A stretch of DNA of 32,000 nucleotides. Source: Candidatus Saccharimonadota bacterium. Lineage in GTDB: Bacteria > Patescibacteriota > Patescibacteriia > 2-12-FULL-60-25. Each line of letters begins with the position of its first letter. Position 1 is the first letter of the stretch. Under the pieces are notes generated by a model. It did no database searches. It saw only the letters and a program-made list of their open reading frames with translations, and had not been told where the DNA came from. A program made the translations under genes and the position numbers. The DNA lies in NCBI GenBank assembly GCA_963718585.1, contig OY970357.1, positions 570,001-602,000 of the forward strand, read 5' to 3'. Positions 9,861 to 16,910 of this stretch are shown here, piece after piece.

Positions 9861-11081
9861 TTATCCGATCCCAGCCCCGCTCGAAAGCTGGTAGAGCGGC
9901 AACATGATGGCGGAGACAAGGACACCAACGCCTAAGCCAAGGATCACGATCACGATCGGCTCAATGAGCTTGGTCAGAGTTGCGACCACATTGTCGATCT
10001 CCCGGGAGTAAAATTCGCTCAATCGCCCAAGGATGTTCTCGGTCTTCCCTGTTCCCTCACCGACCTCAAGCATCTGCAGCATCATAGTGGGGATGAATTT
10101 ATGCCGCTTGAAAGCCGTCACAATGGAATTCCCATCGTTCACCTCTTGGATCGTTTCAAGGACCGCCCGCTTCCAGACCGCGTTCCCGACCACGCCAGAA
10201 ACGATCTCCAAGGCGGAAACGAGGTCCATACCCCCATGCACGAGCGTTTCAAGCGAACGTGAAAATCGAACAACGTACATCTCCCGGAATAACAGACCAA
10301 AGATCGGGATCTTCATCTTGATACTGTCCCACGTATACCGTCCGGGCGGCGTCCCGATCCAGGCACGGAAACCGACACCCAATCCGACCATGGCGATCAG
10401 GATGAGCCACCACCAAGTTGCCATGAATCCGGAGGTCGCGATGAGGATCCTGGTGGAAAGCGGCAATTCGACATTTGCCTGCGACAGGATGGACGTCAGC
10501 TTCGGCACCACGAATGTCATCATGACGAATCCGACGACGAACATGACGGAGATGATGAAGGCTGGATAGATCAGTGCCCCCTTGATCTTGGCCGACAGAT
10601 CAAAATCCTTTTCCTGCTGATCCGCCAGATATTCGAGCACTTCGGAAAGCTGCCCCGTCGTTTCCCCAGAACGAACCATGTTGATGAAAAACCCGCTAAA
10701 GACCTTGGGGTAGCGCTCAAGCGCGTCTGAAAAACGGGCACCGTTCTCCACCTCACCCCCTACATCGGAAAGGATGGATCTGAGCCGCGGATTTTCCGTC
10801 TGATGCGCGATGTTCCGCACCGCATCAGCCACGGGCACGGACGCACTGATCATCACGGACAATGTCCGCGTCGCGATGACAAGGTCCTTCGGCTTGACGC
10901 GATTCAAAAGGAGCGTCAGGCGCTGTTCCGCGACTTCGACGCCTTCATATGGCTCCAAGAGCAAAACATCCAAACTCCGCTCAACAAGTGCCTCCTGAGC
11001 TGTATTGATGTCCTCCGATTCGATGGTTCCGGCTTGCATCCGGCCATCGGACATCCGCGCACGATACTTGAATGTTGGCAT
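9861..11081 (-). CDS. pilC: Type IV pilus platform protein (GspF/PilC family)
   Basis: 406-aa polytopic protein with duplicated GspF-type cytoplasmic domains (MPTFKYRARMSDGRMQAGTIE...; ...GETTGQLSEVLEYLA...; ...VGEGTGKTENILGRLSEFY). Confidence 0.92.
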   Translation of the reverse strand: MPTFKYRARMSDGRMQAGTIESEDINTAQEALVERSLDVLLLEPYEGVEVAEQRLTLLLNRVKPKDLVIATRTLSVMISASVPVADAVRNIAHQTENPRLRSILSDVGGEVENGARFSDALERYPKVFSGFFINMVRSGETTGQLSEVLEYLADQQEKDFDLSAKIKGALIYPAFIISVMFVVGFVMMTFVVPKLTSILSQANVELPLSTRILIATSGFMATWWWLILIAMVGLGVGFRAWIGTPPGRYTWDSIKMKIPIFGLLFREMYVVRFSRSLETLVHGGMDLVSALEIVSGVVGNAVWKRAVLETIQEVNDGNSIVTAFKRHKFIPTMMLQMLEVGEGTGKTENILGRLSEFYSREIDNVVATLTKLIEPIVIVILGLGVGVLVSAIMLPLYQLSSGAGIG

Positions 11082-11087
11082 AGTTCG

Positions 11088-11096
11088 ATATTAGCA
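11088..11096 (-). promoter_or_regulatory. Extended -10 element immediately upstream of pilC (leaderless design)
   Basis: Minus strand reads TGcTAATAT (11088-11096), followed by 6 nt (cgaact) and ATG 11081. No SD is present. Confidence 0.35.
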
Positions 11097-11232
11097 CGGC
11101 CACAAGCGGGCTTCACGTCTTTTCACAGCCGTTCAGAATGGATGAGATGCGCCGGGCTGGAGCCTGAAAAAACCGCAAGCGTATGACACATACGATGAGG
11201 ATTATTTCGGGCGAAGCCCAAGTAGATCGCCA

Positions 11233-11616
11233 TTATGTACGGCTATCGGCGAGGATCTCTTTGACACGTGCCACCGTCTCCTGCGGCAATGAATGCGCCT
11301 TGATGACATATCCTGCCGCGCCGAGCTTCAAACAGCGCTCCACATCCTCCTTTTGTCCGAGATTCGTGAGAACGAGGACCGGGATCTTCGTAAGATCGGC
11401 ATCCGCTTTCATCTGCTCCAGGACCTCGAACCCATTCAATTTGGGCATGAGCAGGTCCAAAAGGACGAGATCCGGCATCTCTTTCCGCGCGAGCTTCAGC
11501 CCATCTTCCCCGTTCGTGGCAAGCGTGGTCTCAAACCCCTCCAGCTCCAACTTTTGCGCATAGATGCTGGCCAGGAATCCGTCGTCTTCGACAATGAGAA
11601 TGTGTTGCTTCGGCAT
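11233..11616 (-). CDS. Stand-alone response-regulator receiver domain (CheY-like)
   Basis: 127 aa: ILIVEDDGFLASIY...PDLVLLDLLMPKLNGFEVL...PVLVLTNLGQ...GAAGYVIKA. Acidic pocket, phospho-acceptor Asp, and conserved T and K positions are present. No output domain. Confidence 0.9.
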   Translation of the reverse strand: MPKQHILIVEDDGFLASIYAQKLELEGFETTLATNGEDGLKLARKEMPDLVLLDLLMPKLNGFEVLEQMKADADLTKIPVLVLTNLGQKEDVERCLKLGAAGYVIKAHSLPQETVARVKEILADSRT

Positions 11617-11631
11617 AATGAGGTCAATGGC

Positions 11632-11733
11632 CTATGAATTTCGATGGAACGCGCCTTGCTGGACCGAGCAGACGACGCAGGCGTACGGATGGGACCACGA
11701 GGAGGAAGCGGGCAGACAGATCGCGTTTTTCAT
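11632..11733 (-). CDS. 33-codon small ORF spanning most of the pilB-receiver spacer (hypothetical)
   Basis: ATG lies 6 nt after the pilB TAG. TAG stop is 15 nt before the receiver ATG. Peptide: MKNAICLPASSSWSHPYACVVCSVQQGAFHRNS. Confidence 0.2.
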   Translation of the reverse strand: MKNAICLPASSSWSHPYACVVCSVQQGAFHRNS

Positions 11734-11739
11734 GTGGCG

Positions 11740-13479
11740 CTAGATATCTTCTTGGGTCGCCTGAGACAGGCGAAGCACCTCTTCTACTGTCGTGATCCCC
11801 GCAAGCGCCTTGAGGATCGAGTCCTGCCGGAGTGTGATCGCACCCTGTTTCGTGAAATACGCTCGCGCTTCTTCCTGGGGATACCCCTTTTCGACCAAAC
11901 GCTTGACCGGTTCAGTGAACTGGATCATCTCCGCCACCACGGCCCGCCCCTGATACCCGGAATCACCGCATCGGGAGCACCCTTTGCCGTGATAGAACAC
12001 AAGATCCCCGTCTGGATTGAAATCCTTGGGATAATATTGCGGCGGAATGGCTTTGATCTCTCTCCGGAGTGAATCCAACGTCGCTTTCTCAAGCTCAAGC
12101 GGTTCTTTGCAGTGGGTGCAGATCTTGCGCGCAAGCCGTTGGGCGATGCCAAGATTGATCGTAGCGGCTAGCAGATAGGGCTCCAGACCCATGTCCAAAA
12201 GACGCGGAATGATGCCGAACGCATCGTTCGTATGCAGGGTCGAGAACACGAGATGACCGGTCAGCGAGGCGTGGATCGCCAATTCCGCCGTTTCTTTATC
12301 TCGGATCTCACCGACCATGATCACGTTCGGATCCTGACGGAGAAGGGCGCGGAGCCCGGTCGCGAACGTATACCCGATCTCCGGACGGACCTGCGATTGG
12401 TTCACCCCTTCGATGTAATACTCGACCGGATCTTCCAGCGTCGAGATGTTCACCCCTTCGCTGTTGAGTTGATTCAACACCGCGAACAGGGTCGTCGATT
12501 TTCCGGAACCGGTCGGCCCGGTGACCAGGAACATCCCATTCGGTCGCGTCATCTCCTCTTCCATGATCTTGACGTGCTCTGTACGGAATCCGAGCTGGGA
12601 CGGCGTCGGCGCGGTCGCAGACGTGTCGAGGATACGCATCACGACCTTCTCGTTATCAACGACCGGCAGGGTCGAGATACGGAAATCGATCTTCCGTCCA
12701 CCTATCTCCTGCGTGATGCGACCGTCCTGCGGGACGCGCGTCTCATCGATCTTGAGATTCGCCAACACTTTGATGCGTGAGATGATCGCTGGATGCACAT
12801 AGATCGGCAGGATGAGCGACGTCCGAAGGACGCCGTCGATGCGATACCGGACGCGGGATTCGTCGCCGATCGGCTCGATATGGATATCCGACGCCCCACC
12901 CTCTACCGCGTGTCGCATGATGACGGACACCATCCGCGAGACCGGCGCGCCCTTGATGATCTCCTCAAGCTTCCCGACATCTTCGGTCTTGATCTCTTTC
13001 CGCTCGAACTTGCCCTTCGCCTGCGCCAAGGCCGTCGCGACCTCGGCACCGAGTCCACGGACCTTCTTCAGCAGGCTCTGGATCTGACTGGACGGGGCGA
13101 CGACATACCGGATCGACCATCCCTTGTCCGCCGCCATGAACTCCAACGCCTCCGTCGCGTGATAGTCACGCGGATCCAACATGGCGACCTCCAGCACTTT
13201 TCCATCAAACGCCGTGGGAACCACGTTGTACGTGTCCATCGTCGCTTGCGGAATGATCTCCAATGTCTCCTTCGGGATCACGCGCTCTGTCAGATCCACA
13301 TACGGGAGACCAAGGACCTGTGCACGCGCTTTCGCGAAATCATGATCACTGACATATTTGCCGCCGACCAGGGCCTGCTCGATGGTCTTCCCCCGTTTCA
13401 CCAATTCCCGGACGCTTTTCGCGGCCTTCTCGTCGATCTTCTTGCTATTGAGCAAGGATGTCAAAAGTTCTTCATCCAT
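11740..13479 (-). CDS. pilB: Type IV pilus assembly ATPase (GspE/PilB family)
   Basis: N-terminal T2SSE_N-like region, Walker A GPTGSGKST, Walker B/Asp box VIMVGEIRD, His box, and tetracysteine CTHC...CSRC. Confidence 0.95.
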   Translation of the reverse strand: MDEELLTSLLNSKKIDEKAAKSVRELVKRGKTIEQALVGGKYVSDHDFAKARAQVLGLPYVDLTERVIPKETLEIIPQATMDTYNVVPTAFDGKVLEVAMLDPRDYHATEALEFMAADKGWSIRYVVAPSSQIQSLLKKVRGLGAEVATALAQAKGKFERKEIKTEDVGKLEEIIKGAPVSRMVSVIMRHAVEGGASDIHIEPIGDESRVRYRIDGVLRTSLILPIYVHPAIISRIKVLANLKIDETRVPQDGRITQEIGGRKIDFRISTLPVVDNEKVVMRILDTSATAPTPSQLGFRTEHVKIMEEEMTRPNGMFLVTGPTGSGKSTTLFAVLNQLNSEGVNISTLEDPVEYYIEGVNQSQVRPEIGYTFATGLRALLRQDPNVIMVGEIRDKETAELAIHASLTGHLVFSTLHTNDAFGIIPRLLDMGLEPYLLAATINLGIAQRLARKICTHCKEPLELEKATLDSLRREIKAIPPQYYPKDFNPDGDLVFYHGKGCSRCGDSGYQGRAVVAEMIQFTEPVKRLVEKGYPQEEARAYFTKQGAITLRQDSILKALAGITTVEEVLRLSQATQEDI

Positions 13480-13482
13480 AGA

Positions 13483-13929
13483 TCAAGGGGTGATGGGGGT
13501 CGTCGTATTCTCCACCGGCTGAGGTTCGGGATTTGTCGTCGTTGGAACGACCGCTGGAGCGATGACGGGTGTAGAAGTCGTCTCCATATGCATCATCGCG
13601 TCTGGCACGGTCGACGTTGCGGCAACGGTCGACGTCGCAGTACCGGTTGACGTGGTCGCGATCGATGTCACAGGCACCGGCGCAAACGGATCCTCACGTC
13701 CCATCACGGTCGGCGTGATCAGATCCGGACCGAGCGGATGCAACGTGTCGAATGTCGCATTCTTCGTGACATCGGCGGCCGGATCGAAGGTTGCCGCACT
13801 ACGCGTGACTGAGACGGGTGGGATCGCGACCGGCGCAAGGCTCGTACGGATGAACCAATACGAAAGACCGATGACCGCGAGCGCGCCGACGATCAGGAGG
13901 ATGCGTGAGACAAGAGGTGGCGTGGTCAT
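13483..13929 (-). CDS. Membrane-anchored Thr/Pro-rich protein of the pilus operon (weak PilP-like motif)
   Basis: Start placed at ATG 13929, 1 nt after the pilO stop. The track ORF's N-terminal extension overlaps pilO. One TM (ILLIVGALAVIGLSYWF), an REDPFAP motif, then a Thr/Pro/Ala/Val-rich tail. Confidence 0.6.
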   Translation of the reverse strand: MTTPPLVSRILLIVGALAVIGLSYWFIRTSLAPVAIPPVSVTRSAATFDPAADVTKNATFDTLHPLGPDLITPTVMGREDPFAPVPVTSIATTSTGTATSTVAATSTVPDAMMHMETTSTPVIAPAVVPTTTNPEPQPVENTTTPITP

Positions 13930-13930
13930 A

Positions 13931-14575
13931 TCAAGGCGTCGACTTCGCGACGGTCGCGGATTGGAAGATGTAGGTTCGCAACTGCAGCGAGAACTGCATC
14001 TCCTGACCAGCTCCTCCACCGGACGTGGTCATGGCGATGACATCCATCAGCCGGAGACTGGACTCGAGACTGGCAAGGAACCGCTTCACATCAAAATACG
14101 CATTCGCGTTCAGACTGAGATTGATATCGACCGGTACCGCTTTTGCGGTCGCCGGACGTCCGGGCTGCGGAGCTTCTGGCTTCGGCGGGCTGAACGCCAC
14201 CGCCGTGACGCGGACTGCCGTATTGGCGGCCGCGGAACCGATCTGGACCAACAACCCCGGGACATCCACGTCGTTCGGCAAGGCCCGATCCACCTGTGCG
14301 AGGACGGTCGGTGAGATCACTTGCGCGGCGGATACGGATTTATCCAGGCTGGCAAGATAGGTCCGCTCCGCATCCGCCTGCTGGATCAGCGCCTGCGTAT
14401 CTGCGTTCGACTGTTTGATGCGATCGATCTCTGGTTTGACGACGAAAAAAGCACCAAGGACGAACAGCGCGATCAGGAAAAGGAACGCCGCTCCATAATA
14501 TTCGGTATAAAAACGCGATGGCGGCGTTGCGGCCTTCGGCTTGTTCGCGTTCAGCGTTGGTGCGTCATTCGGCAT
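13931..14575 (-). CDS. pilO: PilO-like pilus alignment protein
   Basis: Bitopic architecture: short cytoplasmic N-terminus, TM (AAFLFLIALFVLGAFFVV), a coiled-coil segment, then a C-terminal alpha/beta part. Located directly after pilN. Confidence 0.65.
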   Translation of the reverse strand: MPNDAPTLNANKPKAATPPSRFYTEYYGAAFLFLIALFVLGAFFVVKPEIDRIKQSNADTQALIQQADAERTYLASLDKSVSAAQVISPTVLAQVDRALPNDVDVPGLLVQIGSAAANTAVRVTAVAFSPPKPEAPQPGRPATAKAVPVDINLSLNANAYFDVKRFLASLESSLRLMDVIAMTTSGGGAGQEMQFSLQLRTYIFQSATVAKSTP

Positions 14576-14578
14576 AGA

Positions 14579-15670
14579 TCAAGGACTCACGGCGACCGTA
14601 CTGGTCGAAGCGCGCAAAGCGAGGTCGTTGAGGGTCAAAGAGAGCTGAAAATCCACATTCGTCGCATCATTCGTGGATGTCGAGTATTGCATCGCGTAAT
14701 TCGGCGCCTGCACAGAGGTGATGAAATCCGCATGCTGGAAGACCGAGACCTGTCCTGCCGCAGACTCGATGGATCTGGCCTTCACCCCCAGAGAAAGCGT
14801 GCCGTCCGAGGTCAACGAAAACGAATTATACGCGACATCTGGAAGCGTATGCGATTCGATCAGCTGAAGAAGATGGGTCGGACTGACGTGCTGATCAAGG
14901 AGTTGATTCAAGGCCACCAGCCGCGGTTCGAGATCTTGGAAATCCGACCACTGCTTCTGTTTCGATGCGATATCTTGCTGGACCTGCGTGAGCTGATCCT
15001 GCGCCTCCTGCTTGCTCGCATCAGCTCCCGTCAACTGATATCGCAGGAGCGCATAGCTTCCGCCCAAAAGAATGAGGAACAGGACCGCTGCCGTCGCAAA
15101 GGTGAAACGCCGTTTTGCGACGTCGATATGCAACATGCGAAGCTCTTCTTCTGAGACGAAGCTGACATGGAGCGGTTTGCGGACCCGTTTGATGATCCGG
15201 ACGCGATGCGGCGCCGTCGCGGACGGCGTAATGCGAGCCTTTGGCTTAGCCGGAGCGGCTGGCGCCATACCTGCCGGCGCCATAGGAGGTTTAGCCGGGA
15301 GAGCGGCACCCATGGGTGGAACCGGCGCGCCCAACGGCGCCATTCCCGTCTTTTTTTCTGGCGGTTTGAAAAATTGCGGTGGCGCTTTCGGCGGTGGTGC
15401 GATCGGCTGAGGCTTGAACAACTTATCCTTCAAACCCTGTAGAAAGGCCGTGGCTTTATAGACAAAACGAGTCAATGGCGGTTCGTTCGCCAAGATCTGA
15501 TCCAGCTCTCCCTCGTCCACTTCGATGACCTCGACCTCCTCCCCTTCGTCGGCCGGAACGGAGAACTTCAACTCTTCCGGTTTGGGAGGTTCCGGTTTGG
15601 GTTCATGCTTCTTCAGTTCCTCTTCTTTGCCGCGTTGATTTTCGGGAAGAAGGGAGATCTCGTCACTCAT
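14579..15670 (-). CDS. pilN: PilN-like protein with a long acidic/Pro-rich cytoplasmic insertion
   Basis: The N-terminal ISLLPE matches the conserved PilN INLLP-type peptide. The TM lies at about aa 190-209, followed by a coiled coil and a periplasmic-type domain. About 175 aa of Glu- and Pro/Ala/Met-rich sequence lie between the motif and the TM. Confidence 0.7.
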   Translation of the reverse strand: MSDEISLLPENQRGKEEELKKHEPKPEPPKPEELKFSVPADEGEEVEVIEVDEGELDQILANEPPLTRFVYKATAFLQGLKDKLFKPQPIAPPPKAPPQFFKPPEKKTGMAPLGAPVPPMGAALPAKPPMAPAGMAPAAPAKPKARITPSATAPHRVRIIKRVRKPLHVSFVSEEELRMLHIDVAKRRFTFATAAVLFLILLGGSYALLRYQLTGADASKQEAQDQLTQVQQDIASKQKQWSDFQDLEPRLVALNQLLDQHVSPTHLLQLIESHTLPDVAYNSFSLTSDGTLSLGVKARSIESAAGQVSVFQHADFITSVQAPNYAMQYSTSTNDATNVDFQLSLTLNDLALRASTSTVAVSP

Positions 15671-15834
15671 GGATCGTCTTTTCTATGACATGCCGCGATA
15701 CACGGCCCTTGATGAACGCTGAAATGCGATGAGACGCGCTGGGTTGGAGCAAGACGTGCGTGAGACGTACTGAAGCGTACGGCGAAACGCACGCCGCAGC
15801 GAAACCCAAGCAGATCGCGCATTTCAGATGTCAT
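15667..15834 (-). CDS. 55-codon bridging small ORF across the pilM-pilN spacer (hypothetical; possibly only a ribosome relay)
   Basis: ATG (15832-15834 rc) lies 2 nt after the pilM TAA. Its TGA (15667-15669 rc) overlaps the pilN ATG as ATGA. Peptide: MTSEMRDLLGFRCGVRFAVRFSTSHARLAPTQRVSSHFSVHQGPCIAACHRKDDP. Confidence 0.3.
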   Translation of the reverse strand: MTSEMRDLLGFRCGVRFAVRFSTSHARLAPTQRVSSHFSVHQGPCIAACHRKDDP

Positions 15835-15835
15835 A
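15684..15835 (-). other. 152-nt extended imperfect hairpin filling the pilM-pilN spacer
   Basis: Nested stems: 15684-15691/15828-15835 (8 bp), 15719-15728/15818-15827 (10 bp), 15740-15745/15803-15808 (6 bp), 15755-15761/15787-15793 (7 bp) and 15766-15770/15777-15781 (5 bp). Confidence 0.55.
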
Positions 15836-15836
15836 C

Positions 15837-16904
15837 TTATTCGATGTCGCGCATGGCACAGCCGATCGCTACGGAAAACCGCGGTCCGATCTCATCCAAA
15901 ACGGGCCGCAGATCCAAAGGATACACGACGCGCGCCCAGGGGTCTCCTAGGTAGGCGTTCACGTTCATGAGCGAGGTCACGAATTCAGGCAGATTCGGCA
16001 ACAACGCGGAGCCGCCCGTCAGGATGATCTTATCGATCCGCTTCTGAACCCCGCCTTCGCTCTGCCCCTGATACATATTGAACGAATACCGGATCTCATC
16101 GATCACCGGTTTCAGCAAGGTATTCAGGATCGGTGTGATATCGCTCGCCTGTGCAAAACTTTGCATGGCGCGGATATCACGCTTCATGTTCTCCGCCTGT
16201 TCAAACGGGATGCCGATGGTCTTGGAGATCGTCTGAGTGATATTGATCCCGCCGGCGGCGACCGATCGATTGAGGAACGGGATCCCCTTATCAATGACCG
16301 AGATGTTCGTCCGCGTGGAGCCGATATCAATGACCATGATGCTCGACCGATCCTTCCCCACGAGTGACCGGATCTCCGCGAACGCTTCGGTCTCAAGTGA
16401 GATGAGCTCCAGGTCGGCTTTTTTCATCAATTCGATATATTTCTGGACGAGCGACTTCGGCGCCCCGGTCAGGAGCACACGCGTGGTCTTCTTCTTACCA
16501 TCCCCCGAGATCGTATCGATGATCTTGGAATCGAGTGATACCTCCTCCAACGGGACCGGTATGAGTTTCTTCGCCTGCCACTGGATCGCATCTTTGATCT
16601 CCTTATCCGAGTTCCCCGGGACGCTGATGATCGACGAGAAGACCGCTGAGATCGGCAACGCTCCCACGACAAGCTTGGTCGTGCACTTTGATTTGGACAG
16701 CATCTTCTTCACGAACTTGGCCGTCTTATCCACATCTGCGCCAAGGGCCGTTTCGATGTCCGGCGTCGGGAGCGCCGCATGCGCATAGGTCACGAGACGC
16801 GCGCGCCCCTTCTCGTTCTGCAATTCGACGATCTTGATGCCGGATTGGCCGATATCGAATCCGATGTAACTCTGCTTCTTCGATTTGGTGGAGAAAAGGC
16901 TCAT
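15837..16904 (-). CDS. pilM: PilM, actin-like ATPase of the pilus alignment complex
   Basis: 355 aa: YIGFDIGQSGIKIVEL..., IMVIDIGSTRTNISVI..., ILTGGSALLPNL. These are actin/HSP70-fold phosphate-binding motifs typical of PilM/FtsA-like proteins. Confidence 0.9.
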   Translation of the reverse strand: MSLFSTKSKKQSYIGFDIGQSGIKIVELQNEKGRARLVTYAHAALPTPDIETALGADVDKTAKFVKKMLSKSKCTTKLVVGALPISAVFSSIISVPGNSDKEIKDAIQWQAKKLIPVPLEEVSLDSKIIDTISGDGKKKTTRVLLTGAPKSLVQKYIELMKKADLELISLETEAFAEIRSLVGKDRSSIMVIDIGSTRTNISVIDKGIPFLNRSVAAGGINITQTISKTIGIPFEQAENMKRDIRAMQSFAQASDITPILNTLLKPVIDEIRYSFNMYQGQSEGGVQKRIDKIILTGGSALLPNLPEFVTSLMNVNAYLGDPWARVVYPLDLRPVLDEIGPRFSVAIGCAMRDIE

Positions 16905-16910
16905 AGAAAG

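Noticed and set aside
11160-11232. Intrinsic terminator after the receiver gene (CGTATG tgt CATACG, followed 7 nt later by T6)
   Set aside because: The stem is AT-rich and short, and it is separated from the T-run, so I did not list it as a feature. It may still attenuate transcription before the pilC promoter element.
11925-13650. Long plus-strand ORFs (12232-12780, 12793-13650) and short minus-strand ORFs overlapping pilB
   Set aside because: They are shadows of the pilB frame, Arg/Asp/His-rich and without motifs. pilB itself carries all the GspE-family motifs.
15684-15835. The long hairpin as SRP (4.5S) RNA or 6S RNA
   Set aside because: There is no GGAAGCAGCC-type helix 8 motif or GNRA apical loop expected for SRP RNA. 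The context, inside an operon between pilM and pilN and spanned by an ORF, does not fit a stand-alone ncRNA gene. 6S RNA cannot be excluded by sequence alone, but nothing supports it.
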